Below, in pieces: positions 10,862 through 22,708 of a stretch of DNA of 64,000 nucleotides. The position numbers and the translations under genes are program-made. This DNA comes from Mytilus californianus (taxonomy: Eukaryota), in NCBI RefSeq assembly GCF_021869535.1, contig NW_026262604.1, forward strand, positions 50,964,001-51,028,000, in the 5' to 3' direction. The notes under the pieces are model-generated. The model was not told the DNA's origin. It saw only the letters and a list, made by a program, of their open reading frames with translations, and searched no databases. How positions within the stretch are numbered: position 1 is the stretch's first letter; each line of letters opens with the position of its first letter.

Positions 10862-13800
10862 GTTTGCGCGGAGCTGTAATAATACGGATATTGATAAACT
10901 GATGGGATGTGTTTAAATTGATTTGAGTATTTAACAGCATGTGCAGATTTCCGAAACTTCAGAGCTGTTTATAATGGGTTTTTGTTATACATAAAGGCAT
11001 AATTAGTCGCTGAAACGGAAAAGGTTAAATGTTAATCAAGGTTTAGGGGTATATTAAAAAATAAACTTAGTCCGAAAAAAGCCGAAACAGACAAGTTGAT
11101 AAAATGAAAAGTTATTCCATAAACGTCGATGTGTTATAAAGTCATTTAAATAAGGCAAAATTTAAAATTCAAATTCAAAATGTGTTAGGTTTACTATGTA
11201 ATTTTTTCCATTTGTCCTGAATGGTTATCGGTTATATTTCATGCATGTTCAGGGTTATATATGATTTATGCACGTAACCTGATATTAGCGGGGATCGTTG
11301 ATGTACTATAATTCCGTAATTAGAAATAAACAATAAAATGAGATAAAGCTACATGTATATGGAAGGTAGCATAATATTTCCGACAACTTGTATGTCTACG
11401 TATTATAACATGTCTTTTTCTATATTAGCCATGTAATTACCCCGAGATTCCAAAATAAGCCAAAGGCGCAAGCCGAGTTCTCATATTGGCCGGGGGATGA
11501 TACCAGGGCAGATTTAGGAAAGGACGAGGAAGATACTCGTACTGTAACAATCAAGCAAAATGACATCGAAGTTTGTTAATGAAATCTTACTCAAAATATC
11601 ACAATCGGCAATACATTTTAAATTAATTAACATATAAACTAAATTACACAAAACATGGTTCGTTTTCGCCATCAATTGAGCAAGTAATGCCATTCTAAAT
11701 CATCCATCAATTTCATATTTCACATACATTATTTGATAATAGTTTCAAGTCATAAGTCTTAGGGTGATGATAAAAGAACTTGCGCATATCGCACATAACG
11801 TGAACTCATGCTAACTCGGCATAGTCATGGATTATGCAGAAGGTTGTATTCCTAATCATGCACTGGCCATATTTGAGATTTTTTCACACAGTAAACCCAT
11901 TATTTCATTTCAACAATTTATCCAATAAGAAAAATCTGATCTTTTTCAATTAGCAAATGCAATAGATTCAAACAAACTTAATTTGTCACATGATTGTTTA
12001 AGTGTTGGTATTTTTCTATATTTCACTATAAGATTTTTTGGTTCGGTATGTAGTATTTTCTTTGACAGAATAAACTATATAAAAATAAGGAGATGTGGTA
12101 TGATAAAAAAAAGTTTAACAAAAATACTGAACTCTAAGGCAAATTCAAAATGAGAAAATCTATAACAACAGACAAAATCAAACGCTATTAATCAACGGAA
12201 CAAGTGAACAACAACTGCCATATTCCTGACTTGGTACAGGCAATTTCCGAAGAAAATGGTGGATTAAACCTGGTTTTATAACTAGCTAAACCGCCCACTT
12301 GTATGACAGTTGCGTTATATTGACAAAATGTGGGTTAGCAACCCAGACAGACATAGAAGGTTAATGTGACAATAATTGGGATCCAGCAGTCAAAACTGTG
12401 TAAATATACATCACAGACGTACAACAAAACTGACTTAAAAACACACCAAAAACAGTTGTAGTAAATAGTAATATTTCAATATATGTGGCAAGACCAAAAT
12501 TTTGCACGCCGGACGCACGCCTCGTCTTGATTGCCAATAAGACAAATATCCAGCAATAATCAAATAAAGTTGATGCAAGCAATTATAGGCAAACATACAG
12601 CTTTCAACAATGAGAAAAGCACATATCGTATAGTCGGCCATAAAGGCCCTACATGTACATGACAAAATATAAAACAAGTCAATTAAAAAACTAACGGCAT
12701 AATTTTTTACAAACCAATTAACGAAAAACAAAGATGCTAGACATGAGCCAATGACAACCACTGAACTACACGCTATTGGCTTGGGACTATGTTGATGTTA
12801 CCCTCAATTTGTCCGTGCAAATATTTGACAGTATATCTATGTTGATTTAACCCACAATTCTTCCATGCATATATTTGATTTTAACCACATCTCCTCCATT
12901 CATATATTTTATTTTACCCACAATTCTTCCTTGCATATATTTGAAATAATCGACATCTTACCAAGGACGTTATTGAGATAATAGTTAGTGGTAAACTTTG
13001 CGTGCACTAATCCTCTATAGCGAAGAACCTCAACAAAAGCACTGTTCATGTACATGTTTTATGGGTTTTCACAGGATCAAATCAATGCAGCTTATCCTTT
13101 TTATATACAAAAAATATAAAAACATTGAAATACAGCCAAATGTAAGGACGTGTGGCTAGGAACATAACCGTACAAAAACGTTACACAATAACTTGAGTGC
13201 ATGCAATAGGATGCCGAAAAAACAATAGATCTGTTGTATTATTACAAAGATTCTAGACTTTAAACAGGTCGTCTACATTTTACTTTAACAAGTGTTAAGT
13301 AAAGTTCTGAAGGACATCATCAATCTGTATACGTACATAAAGGTATAAAACATGAGCGTCAGTGAAAAGACAGTAATTGTCGAAATGCGCATTATTACAA
13401 TGAAATGGGCACTGCTAAAGTCATTGTGTACATAAACTTGATGTTATAAGCCATGGGCCAGTCAATTTACATTCCCAAACAAATTTGACAATGTCAGGCG
13501 AATTCAAACTTTTAATATCTAAAGTAGATATTTGCTTTTTCTCGTGTTCGAACACGTATTTTTATCGTAAAATAACAGAATCAAACATTGTTATACAAGT
13601 ATGGCAAAATTTTTTTCAATTCAGTACACACTGTAGTCATTTCCAAAAGTTTTCTAATTTCAACATGCTTAACTTAAAGTAACAATGCGACAGCTGTGTG
13701 CAATATCAAGTTCAAACAATGATTTGGTGTATTTATCAATATTGAGCCTAATTTCAATGGAAGTAAAGAAAGGCGAAAGATACCAAATGAACATTCAAAC

Positions 13801-14480
13801 TCATCAGTTGAAATTGGAAGGAATACATTACTGGGTAATGTTGTCCCTTAATGCACAATTTTACATAAACATATAAAATGTGCGATATTGTATCAAATAG
13901 TCTTCAAAAACAAAGTGATTAACATTTCAATTGTATGGATAAGTGAAAATAATTTAAACTCAGTTAAATGTGTGTTTTTTTTAGACTCATTGGTGTACAA
14001 ATTCCTGAAAGTGTCAATGACCTCTGGAATAGATCGTGCTATATGAAGGAATTCAGGAGGAGGGGGGGTACATTTTAATTGGCGTTTACTCTTTTGAAGA
14101 TGTGAATAAATCTCATAACTAAGCATCCTGTTTTATCAACAAGATTTGAAAATACCAAACTGAAAATTGTAAACAGACATATGATCATAGATGTTTTGTC
14201 GCTAGGTTTCCGTCTCATTGTCGTTTATACAACATCTTTTTTATATACATCGACAGAAAAGACCATTAGACAAAACCAGACTGTAACAAATGAAAAACGA
14301 CAAATTTGAGATTTCCAAAAAAGATTAGCTAAACCTTTACAAATTAATGTGTCATTTCTTTCAGTTTTTATTAATTAATTGTAAGTTTGATGGCAGATTT
14401 TTTATAGTTTCTGTGAAATTTTTGGACAACTTGTTTACAATACGGGATGATTTACAGTTTGATATAGTGTATATATATAT

Positions 14481-15625
14481 AAATATATACTTTTTACATC
14501 ATGTCATCCAAAACATACTAGAGTCAATATACCATATAACCTAGCTAAACGTATATGTACTATCTTTTCAAATCCAGAATTAAGGAATAGAAGATTAAAT
14601 GAATTAAGATACATGCTCTTGGACCGAAAATATCCGAAGATAATAATTGATGACGGAATAACTAGAGCCAAATCTTTTAGCTTACAGGAATTACAGAAAA
14701 CTAAATCACATTCAAAAGAAAACGTTTTATCGTACATTTCTACTCACAACCCCAGAAATAATGAAGCTTTCAACACTATACATAACAATTTACCATTTTT
14801 ACAGAGCGACCAGAGGATGTTGAAATTATTTAATTCACACAAAGTAATTAAAAGCAAACGGCAACCGAAATCATTAAAAAAATTGTTGCCCCGCGCAACA
14901 TTCAAAACTGAAAATAGTCAACCAAAGGTACAAAAATGTGGACGACCAAACTGTGAATCTTGTTTATACTTATCCGAAGGAACAGAATTCGTTTTTAAAT
15001 CAGGACACATTTTTAAAATCAAGAACAGTTTTACATGTGTATCGGAAAATCTTCTATACATCATCACTTGCAGTGGTTGTCAAGAAAATTATATTGGACA
15101 AACCGGCAATACCATTAGAAAACGAATGACAGTACGTAGACAGCAAAATCGAGTCCCGAGCACAAGAAAAATCCCACTTAGCAAACATATTGATAGATGC
15201 GCTGGATCAAATCGTCCAAATTTCTCCATTTTTCCATTTTATCAGTGTTCAGATAATACAACGGAACCAATGAAAATTAATAAAGAAAATTATTTTATTA
15301 AGAAATACCGTCCTAAATTAAATAGATGAAATGAGAATCTGTAAGGCATTTCTTTATAATTATGTACTTCCACTTTCGTTTTAAGTACCTACGTTGTGCT
15401 ATATTATTACGTTCAGGACTAAATAATAATGTCGCTAATAGACGTTACCCCTGACGACGTCGCCAGCAACCATATCCTTGAAGATCTGTTAAACAGTGAA
15501 ACCGGTAGGATACTATGGAGAACATGTTTGAACAATTTGTTGTTGTAATAGACAAAATGTGAATATTCATATTGAATATAAAAATTTGGTGCATTTTCAG
15601 CCTTATTTTTTTCTCTTTTTTTTTC
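14481..15625 (+). mobile_element. 5'-truncated Penelope-like retroelement (RT thumb + GIY-YIG endonuclease + 3' tail)
   Basis: Stop-free frame 14481-15329: KYILFTSCHPKHTRVNIPYNLAKRICTIFS (PLE RT C-terminus), CxxC, NLLYIITCSGCQENYIGQT (GIY-YIG), ENYFIKKYRPKLN. Begins inside a TA tract; absent at paralogous Y1/Y2 ends. Confidence 0.9.
15473..15512 (+). ncRNA. Minimal type I hammerhead ribozyme-like motif in the PLE 3' tail
   Basis: Helix I TATCC/GGATA; core TTGAAGA (U at C3); helix II CTG-TTAAA-CAG; GAAA; palindromic helix III ACCGGT; GUA cleavage triplet at 15505-15507. Confidence 0.65.
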
Positions 15626-15879
15626 TTATATTTGAAGACGATATATTAACCTTTAAATGTCTTTTTGTTAATTGGTGTTGTCAGGTTTCAGTCTTATTGG
15701 TGTATATCAAAAACTCCAATTTTCAATTAAACATGCTAGAGCATTAAACAATAAAACACATGCGAACAAAGTTTAATCTTTATTTTTGTGACATAAAAAA
15801 TAAATAAATCATAAGGAAAATTAGAACAATTTTATCAAATGTTCATTTTTAAATAGTCCGGAACTCGGTCAGTTATGTT

Positions 15880-16157
15880 TTAGCGTTTTCCACCATGTCC
15901 GCCATTCCCACCATCCCAACGACCACCATTTCCTCCTCTCCCTCCATACCGACCGCTTCCTCCGTTCCAACCATCCCAACGACCACCGTTTCCTCCTCTC
16001 CTTCTATACCAACCGCTTCCTCCATTCCCACCATTCCATGTACCACCATTTCCACCTGTCCCATCATTTCCACCATTTCCTCCATTCCCACCATTCCAAG
16101 TACCACCGTTTCCACCATTTCCAGGTCTGGAGTTCCAATCAGGTTTTGGTTTTGGTC
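15880..16157 (-). CDS. A1 secreted Gly/Asn/Trp/Arg-rich peptide, exon 2 (terminal)
   Basis: Acceptor TTTTATTTTCAAG; (R)PKPKPDWNSRPGNGGNGGTWNGG...GWYRRRGGNGGRWDG...GGHGGKR*; 278 nt, phase 1, no internal stop. Confidence 0.9.
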
Positions 16158-16267
16158 CTTGAAAATAAAATGCATGATAATGTATTTAAGTAATGAGTCA
16201 AAAGAAATCAATTCGTAGGAAATTAGAATTGTTAATTAAATTACAATATATATGCTAGTGATGTCAA

Positions 16268-16737
16268 GTATTTATATGAAGCAAAATTCTTACAAAACCT
16301 TCTCAAAGACAAAAGGAATTCTTTGATTTACGTTCAGATATAGTGGTGAAGTCCTGAAAAAAAATCTTGCATTTCAAGGAGTTGTTCTATAAAATTTATT
16401 CCGAGTTAACTTTACTGACATTAAGGATACTACTGATAATAGTAGGTCATATCTTGAAATATTTTTAAAAATAAACACAGAGGGACGACTTCAAACTGAA
16501 TCTATGACAAAATTCAATTCAGTTACTTATTTCAAATGTCCATCTATAAGTAGTAACATATATTAATCTCAATCGTGAGAAAAAATTTTGATATCTCAAT
16601 TGGTGCTTTATGTACGTGCATGTTAAAAAATACTAACTATATTATTATCATTATGGTACTGTGAAAGCTTTTGCATAATTCCTAGAGGCTTCTACAAAAC
16701 TGATATGTTATAGCCATAAAAAGAGCTTTTAAAAAGA
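16268..16737 (+). mobile_element. Fossil Penelope-like RT fragment in the A1 intron
   Basis: Frameshifted motifs YLYEAKFLQNLLKD, FRYSGEVL (decayed RYIDDVL), IKDTTD, SYLEIFLKI, GRLQT..YDK, ISQLV.YVRAC. Copies at ~23086-23545, ~26715-27182, ~33475-33935, ~37115-37580. Confidence 0.75.
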
Positions 16738-17043
16738 TAATTAATGTACATAGACTTTAGTTTGAAACGCGCAAGGCTACATCAAAAAAGTATTACAAAA
16801 ACATCGAAATCCAAAGCAAATTCAAAACGGGGAAGTCCATAACAACTACCAAAATCAAACGCTATCAATCATCGCAATAAGTCAAAAAGTTAAATTCAAA
16901 CGTCGTTTTATCTCATCAACTCCAAATCTGTACATATAATAATGTTAAATATAAGCTCCTCAATATAATAAAATAAATATGAGATACGACTTCTAAAATA
17001 ATTTGAACCTCATTTAAGATACTAATTGATATGATTTACTTAC

Positions 17044-17107
17044 GCCTATACCAAGTTCCAGAAACTGATACAACCAGACATACGACTAAGATGATAGAAA
17101 GCTTCAT
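17044..17107 (-). CDS. A1 exon 1 (signal peptide)
   Basis: MKLSIILVVCLVVSVSG-TWYR + C | GTAAGT; C + GA = Arg, giving a 113-aa precursor. Confidence 0.9.
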
Positions 17108-17145
17108 TTTCTTCAATTTTCTACCTTTAGAGAGGAGTACAGATG

Positions 17146-17152
17146 TTTTATA
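17146..17152 (-). promoter_or_regulatory. TATA box of A1
   Basis: TATAAAA ending 39 nt upstream of the ATG; same position in the paralogs that retain a promoter. Confidence 0.7.
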
Positions 17153-17790
17153 GTCTTGATGAGGACATACAAACACGGATATAAGTAAGACAACGGGATG
17201 TGTTTTGATTTATATGAATAGTTTATGTCTATCATAGCAAGATTTCCGATACTTGAGCACAATGATTGTTTTGTAGGTTGTACAATAAGAAGAAATGATT
17301 GGTAAATGGGTACAAGCTTTTATTATATTTTATTACGTATAAGGAAAAAAGTAAAATAAACAGAATAGGAAGTTCATAATTGGCAAGGATTCGTGGTGTC
17401 TTATAGCTTTATATAATTGCAAACCTCTACAAAAACAATCTGAACATATATACCAGGCTTACATTTTGTACGTCAGACGCGACTTTAGTAAATTTGATTT
17501 AATAAAGATTTCGAGTTACGTTTTTTTCAATTTTTCTCACAACCATTTCAGACAAGATGTCATAAAAAAATAAGGCACTATCTCAAATAAAAGAAATTAT
17601 AAAACAAAATATTATCGATAAGTTTTATTTTGCTAACTTATTTTATTGTTTTACGATAGACAATTATGACAATAGTAAAAAAAAAAAAAAATAAATGAAT
17701 GTGGTTATTACGACATAGGATGTTGTTTTAACTATATATAAATGTTGTAATTGTAATGCTTAAATAATAGAATTGTTTACCATTTAAATA

Positions 17791-18122
17791 CTCTGCTGGT
17801 GGACTATCAGTCCCCGAGGGTATCACCAGCCCAGTAGTCAGTCCTTCAGTACTAACATGATTTATAACAAACCTTTATAAAATAGTCCGTTAATAAATTT
17901 TGAAATTATTAGAAACTAAAGGTTTCAACTCCCGCAGGCAAAGTTAACTTTAGATGGATTTGGCTATTTTTATGTCCTTTTCTGGTAATATAGCTCTTCA
18001 ACTGTTTCGGTTCTGATAAATCCTTGGCTTTCAAATATTCGGCTTTGAGCGTTCTTGATGAAGGTAGATCCAGAAAAGCGCCTCGGACGCATGTGATGTA
18101 TAAGTGTTGTTTTCATTTTTTA
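17791..18122 (+). mobile_element. ~330-bp non-autonomous repeat carrying a hammerhead-like motif (copy 1)
   Basis: Inserted after CCATTTAAATAC upstream of A genes; the homologous B-gene flank (~24720-24745) lacks it. Motif at 18049-18090 has C3U and a helix III mismatch. Confidence 0.65.
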
Positions 18123-19483
18123 TTAGATAAGTAACTGTATTAATGAATTAATATGTCATTATAGATTTTTACGTTGAAAATCTTCTCAAAGATAACATAA
18201 TTTTAATTTTGTTTGCGAGAAGCGCGTTTCAACTGAAATCAGTGGCGCTGATTCAAATAAGTTAGAATGCAAAATATGTTTTTTTAATTTTATTAATTTA
18301 ATCCTCTGAACATTTAAAGGTTCACATTTTGTATTTTGTGTACCTTAACTACTCAGAGTCGGTCAAATATAGTTTCATTCTTGCTTCTAGAAAGTGTTAC
18401 AAAATTTAAGTAAAATTCAATGTTTGACTAGGTAATAATCGTAAACGTGTGTGGCAAGGCATAGCGAAAAAGGAATAAATTTTTCACTAAGTGTAAACTA
18501 TTCTTTGGATTATTAAGATACATAAGGTGTGTTTGATGGTCATTTCAATTTGCTTTTCCTCTTTCTACACTCCATTTCCACAGAACATCAGTTAGAAATA
18601 GTGTTCGTATTTAATTAAAGACTTTTGAAACATCGCTTGTAAAATGTTTGCTGCAACTTACATAAATATAAAAATAAGAAGATGTGGTATGATTGCCAAT
18701 GAGACAACTCTCCACAAGAGACCAAAAGACACAGAAATTAACAACTATAGGACAAAGCCTTTTTTCGAAAGTAAATATGCTATATGACTATTTACAAATG
18801 ACACTGTCAGAGAACAAATTTAGTGAATATCTTTATAGACCACCAAAAAAATTTTCAGAAAAAATATTAATAATTCGTTTAAAGTCTTTAATTAAACGTG
18901 AATTTTTGGTTGAGTTTTTGTTTTCATTTTATCCGTCTGTCTGCCCGTCGGTCAGTTGAAAATTTAAAGACTATTCGTTCTATTCAGATATACAATGATA
19001 TCTTCTTTAAATTTAATTTCCACGTTAGGCTTGGTAAACGCTTTAAAATTAGTCAATAAAAAATGGGGTCACCGACCTCGAATACGATTTAATACGTCAT
19101 CTTTTTCATAAAATTTGAAATCGGGACTTGTTGATATCAACAGTGTTATATTTCATAAGAAGTCTTGTGAAATGATTTTTATTGATGTGCATTCGTCTGT
19201 TATTCGTCGTTCAAATACTGAAGATGAAAGTTTGTTAACCGATACATTAAAATTGTGCTCCAGATACCTGAAAATTTGGTCGCCATTTCACAAGCGTTCT
19301 AATTGAAAAAAAACCCGGAATTTAAGTAAAAAAAAGCACATTGTGTTTTCAAAGATCGTTTATTTATCTATATAGATTTTACATGTTTGTGTCGTTGGCT
19401 TACTGTAATGTTGGCGTTAATTCGAAATTTATTATTTTATACGTGTAGAAATGTAGGCGCCATACACTTACAATACTTCTGTA

Positions 19484-19680
19484 GTTTATTTCTGTCCGCA
19501 CTTTACACACTGGTGCCATGTGATCGTTCACTACAAGTGTATGTAGCATGTTTCTGTCCTCACTTTACAACCTTGTACCATGTGATCGTTCACTACAAGT
19601 GTATGTAACATATTTCTGTCCACACTTTTACTCACTGGTACCATTTGATCGTTCACTACAAGTGCATGTAGCATGTTTCA
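19484..19680. repeat. 62-bp minisatellite, 3 copies
   Basis: Unit CATGTTTCTGTCCACACTTTACACACTGGTACCATGTGATCGTTCACTACAAGTGTATGTAG. Confidence 0.85.
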
Positions 19681-22284
19681 TTGGTTTTCAAATGGCAAAT
19701 GCAATAGATTCAAACAAGCTTAATTTGTGACATAATTATTTAAGTGTTAGTATTTTTCTGTATTTTACTATGGGATTTTTGGTTCGGTATGTAGTATTTT
19801 CTTTGACTGTATAAACAATATATAAATAAGGAGATGTGGTATGATAAAAAAAGTATAACAAAAATACTGAACTCCAAGGCAAATTCAAAAAGAGAAAATA
19901 TATAACAACAGAAAAAATCAAACGCAATCAATCAACGGAACAAGTGAACAACAACTCTGCCATATTCCTGACTTGGTACAGGCAATTTCCGAAGAAAATG
20001 GTGAATTAAACCTGGTTTTATAACTAGCTAAACCGCCCACTTGTATGACAGTTGCGTTATATTGGCAAAATGTGGGTTAGCAACTCAGACAGACATAGAA
20101 GGTTAATGTGAGAATAATTGGGATCCAGCAGTCAAAACTGTGTAAATATACATCACAAACGTACAACACAACTGACTTAAAAAGACGCCATAAAAAAGTT
20201 GTAGTAAATAGTAATATTTCTATATATGTGGCAAGACCAAAAGTTTGCACGCCAGACGCGCGCCTCGTCAAGATTGAATCAGTTCATCTACTTTATACTG
20301 TAATACGTGTAAGTAAAGTTCTGAAGGACATCATCAATCTGTATACGTACATAAAGGTATAAAACATGAGCGTCAGTGAAAAGACAGTAATTGTCGAAAT
20401 GCACATTATTACAATGAAATGGGCACTGCTAATGTCATCGTGTACATAAACGTGATGTGATAAGCCATGGGCCAGTCAATTTACATTCCCAAACAGATTT
20501 GCCAATGTCAGGCGAAGTCAAACTTTTAATATTTAAAGTAGATATTTGCTTTTCGTCGAGTTCGAACACGTATTTTTATCGTAAAATAACAGATTTAAAC
20601 ATTGTTGTACACGTATGGCTAAATTGTATTCAATTCAGTTCACAATGCAGCCATTTCCAAAAGTTTTCCAATTTCAACATGTTTAACTTAAAGTAACAAT
20701 GCGACAGCTGTGTGCAATATCAGGTTCAAACAATGATTTGGTGTATTTATCAATATTGAGCCAAATTTCATTAGAAATAAAGCTTTGTTTTAAAAGAGAG
20801 GCGAAAAACAGCAAATGAACATTCAAACTCATAAGTCGAAATAGGAAGAAATACATTACTGGATAATGTTGGCCTTTAATGCAAAATTTTATAAATAGTG
20901 CGATATTGTATCAAAATAGTCTTCACTAACAAAGTAGAGCGGTGAGTAACATTTCGATTGTATGAATAAGTGAAAATAATTCAAACTCAGTTGAATGTGT
21001 GTTTTTTAGACTCATTGGCATACAAGTTCCTGAAAGTCTATGAATAGACCGTGCTACGTGAAGGAATTCAGTGTTACATTTTAATTGGCGTTTACTCTTT
21101 CGAAGATTTGAATAAATCTCATAACTAAGCATCCTGTTTTATCAACAAGATTTGAAAATACCAAACAGAAAAGTGTAAACAGACATATGATCATACATGT
21201 TTTGTCACTAGGTTTTCATCTCATTGATGTACATACCACATCTTTTGTATATCAACAGAAAAGACCAGTAGACTAAACCAGACTGTAACAAATGAAAAAC
21301 GACAAATTTGAGATTTCGAAAAAGATTAGCTAAACCTTAACAAATTATTTTGTCATTTCTTTCAGTTTTTATTGGTTAATTGTAAGTTGATGGCAGACGT
21401 TTTTTAGTTTCTGTGAAATTTGTGGACAATTTTTTTACAATAAGGGTAGATTTACAGTTTGAAGTAGTGTATACATATATATATAAATATAAACAAGTCT
21501 ACATTGAAAACAACGTTCACACCTATGCTTGCGTTGGATAAAAACCACAATTTTTATACGTGTGCATGCAAAACAAATTTCTTGATAGAGGAGTCTAAAT
21601 ACAGCACAAACAAAATTTTCCAAAAGACCAAAAAGTAAAAAAGTATATTTTAACAAAACGCATTTGACTAACAGGTCGAACAACAGATGTTCTTAAACCC
21701 TGCTGACTGCCAATGGCGATTGCCAAATAAACGGATCACAAGATGTTACAAAATGGATCTTTTAAAATTATTAATTAATACCAAACAGAAAACAATAAAC
21801 TTGCGGAAAAGATGGTATACCGCAAACAAAAGGTGCAAAAATTAGTACACCATATCCGGATTTCGACAATTAATGTCTTTTCAGTGATAATAGGGATCAA
21901 AACGGTATTTGGAAGGCCATATATTTCCCTCAATTTAGGATAGACTCTTGGATTTTGAAGAATCGAAATATTACAAATAGGATGAACGGATCATATAAAC
22001 CCGAAGGAAAATATAATACAAGCCCAAACGAAAAAATATAAACAAGTCTAAATTGAAAACAACGTTCAAACCTATGATTGCGTTGGATAAAAACCGCAAT
22101 TTTTATACGTGTGCATGCAAAACAAATTTCTTGGTAGAGGAGTCTAAATACAGCAAAAACAACATTTTCCAAAAGACCAAAAAAGTGAGAAAGTATATTT
22201 TAACAAAACGCATTTGACTAACAGGTCGAACAACAGATGTTATATATAAATATATATAAGTCTAAATTGAAAACAACGTTCAAA

Positions 22285-22286
<2 letters not shown>

Positions 22287-22329
<43 letters not shown>
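22287..22329. repeat. (TA)n microsatellite
   Basis: ~21 TA units; shorter at the paralogous site near 32685. Confidence 0.95.
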
Positions 22330-22333
<4 letters not shown>

Positions 22334-22708
22334 TTTGTTAAAATATACTTTTTCACTTTTGGTCTGTAGGAAAATGTTGTTTGTGCTGTATTTAACCCCT
22401 GTAGCAAGAAATTTGTTATAAAAATTGCGGTTTCTATCCAACGCAATCATAGGTTTGAACATTGTTTTCAATTCAGACTTGTTTATATATATTTATATTG
22501 TTGAAGACGCTATATTAACCTTTAAATGTATTTTTGTTCATTGGTGTTGTCAGGTTTTGTCTTATTGGTATATATCTCTAACTCTAATTTTCAATAAAAC
22601 ATGTTAGAGCATTAAACAATAAAAACACATGCGAACAAAGTTTAATCTATATTTTTGTGACAGAAGAATTTTGTCACATGTTCATATCGGACCTCGGTAA
22701 GTTATATT

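Noticed and set aside
15873-16211. Minus-strand MVGMEEMVE-type ORFs over the repeats
   Set aside because: Off-frame readings of the same exons; the acceptor phase and exon-1 junction select the Gly/Asn frame.
15880-17107. Naming the A peptides mfp-3, myticalin or shematrin
   Set aside because: Only compositional resemblance; signal peptide, low Tyr and GGN periodicity do not match those families as I recall them. A database search is needed.
18215-18255. Further minus-strand hammerhead-like remnants (also ~39045-39090)
   Set aside because: CTGA...GAAACGCGC pieces are present, but the core and helix II are disrupted.
18693-18959. Duplicated ORFs MPMRQLSTRDQ... (also 29138-29404)
   Set aside because: Start within the abundant dispersed repeat; conservation reflects the segmental duplication only.
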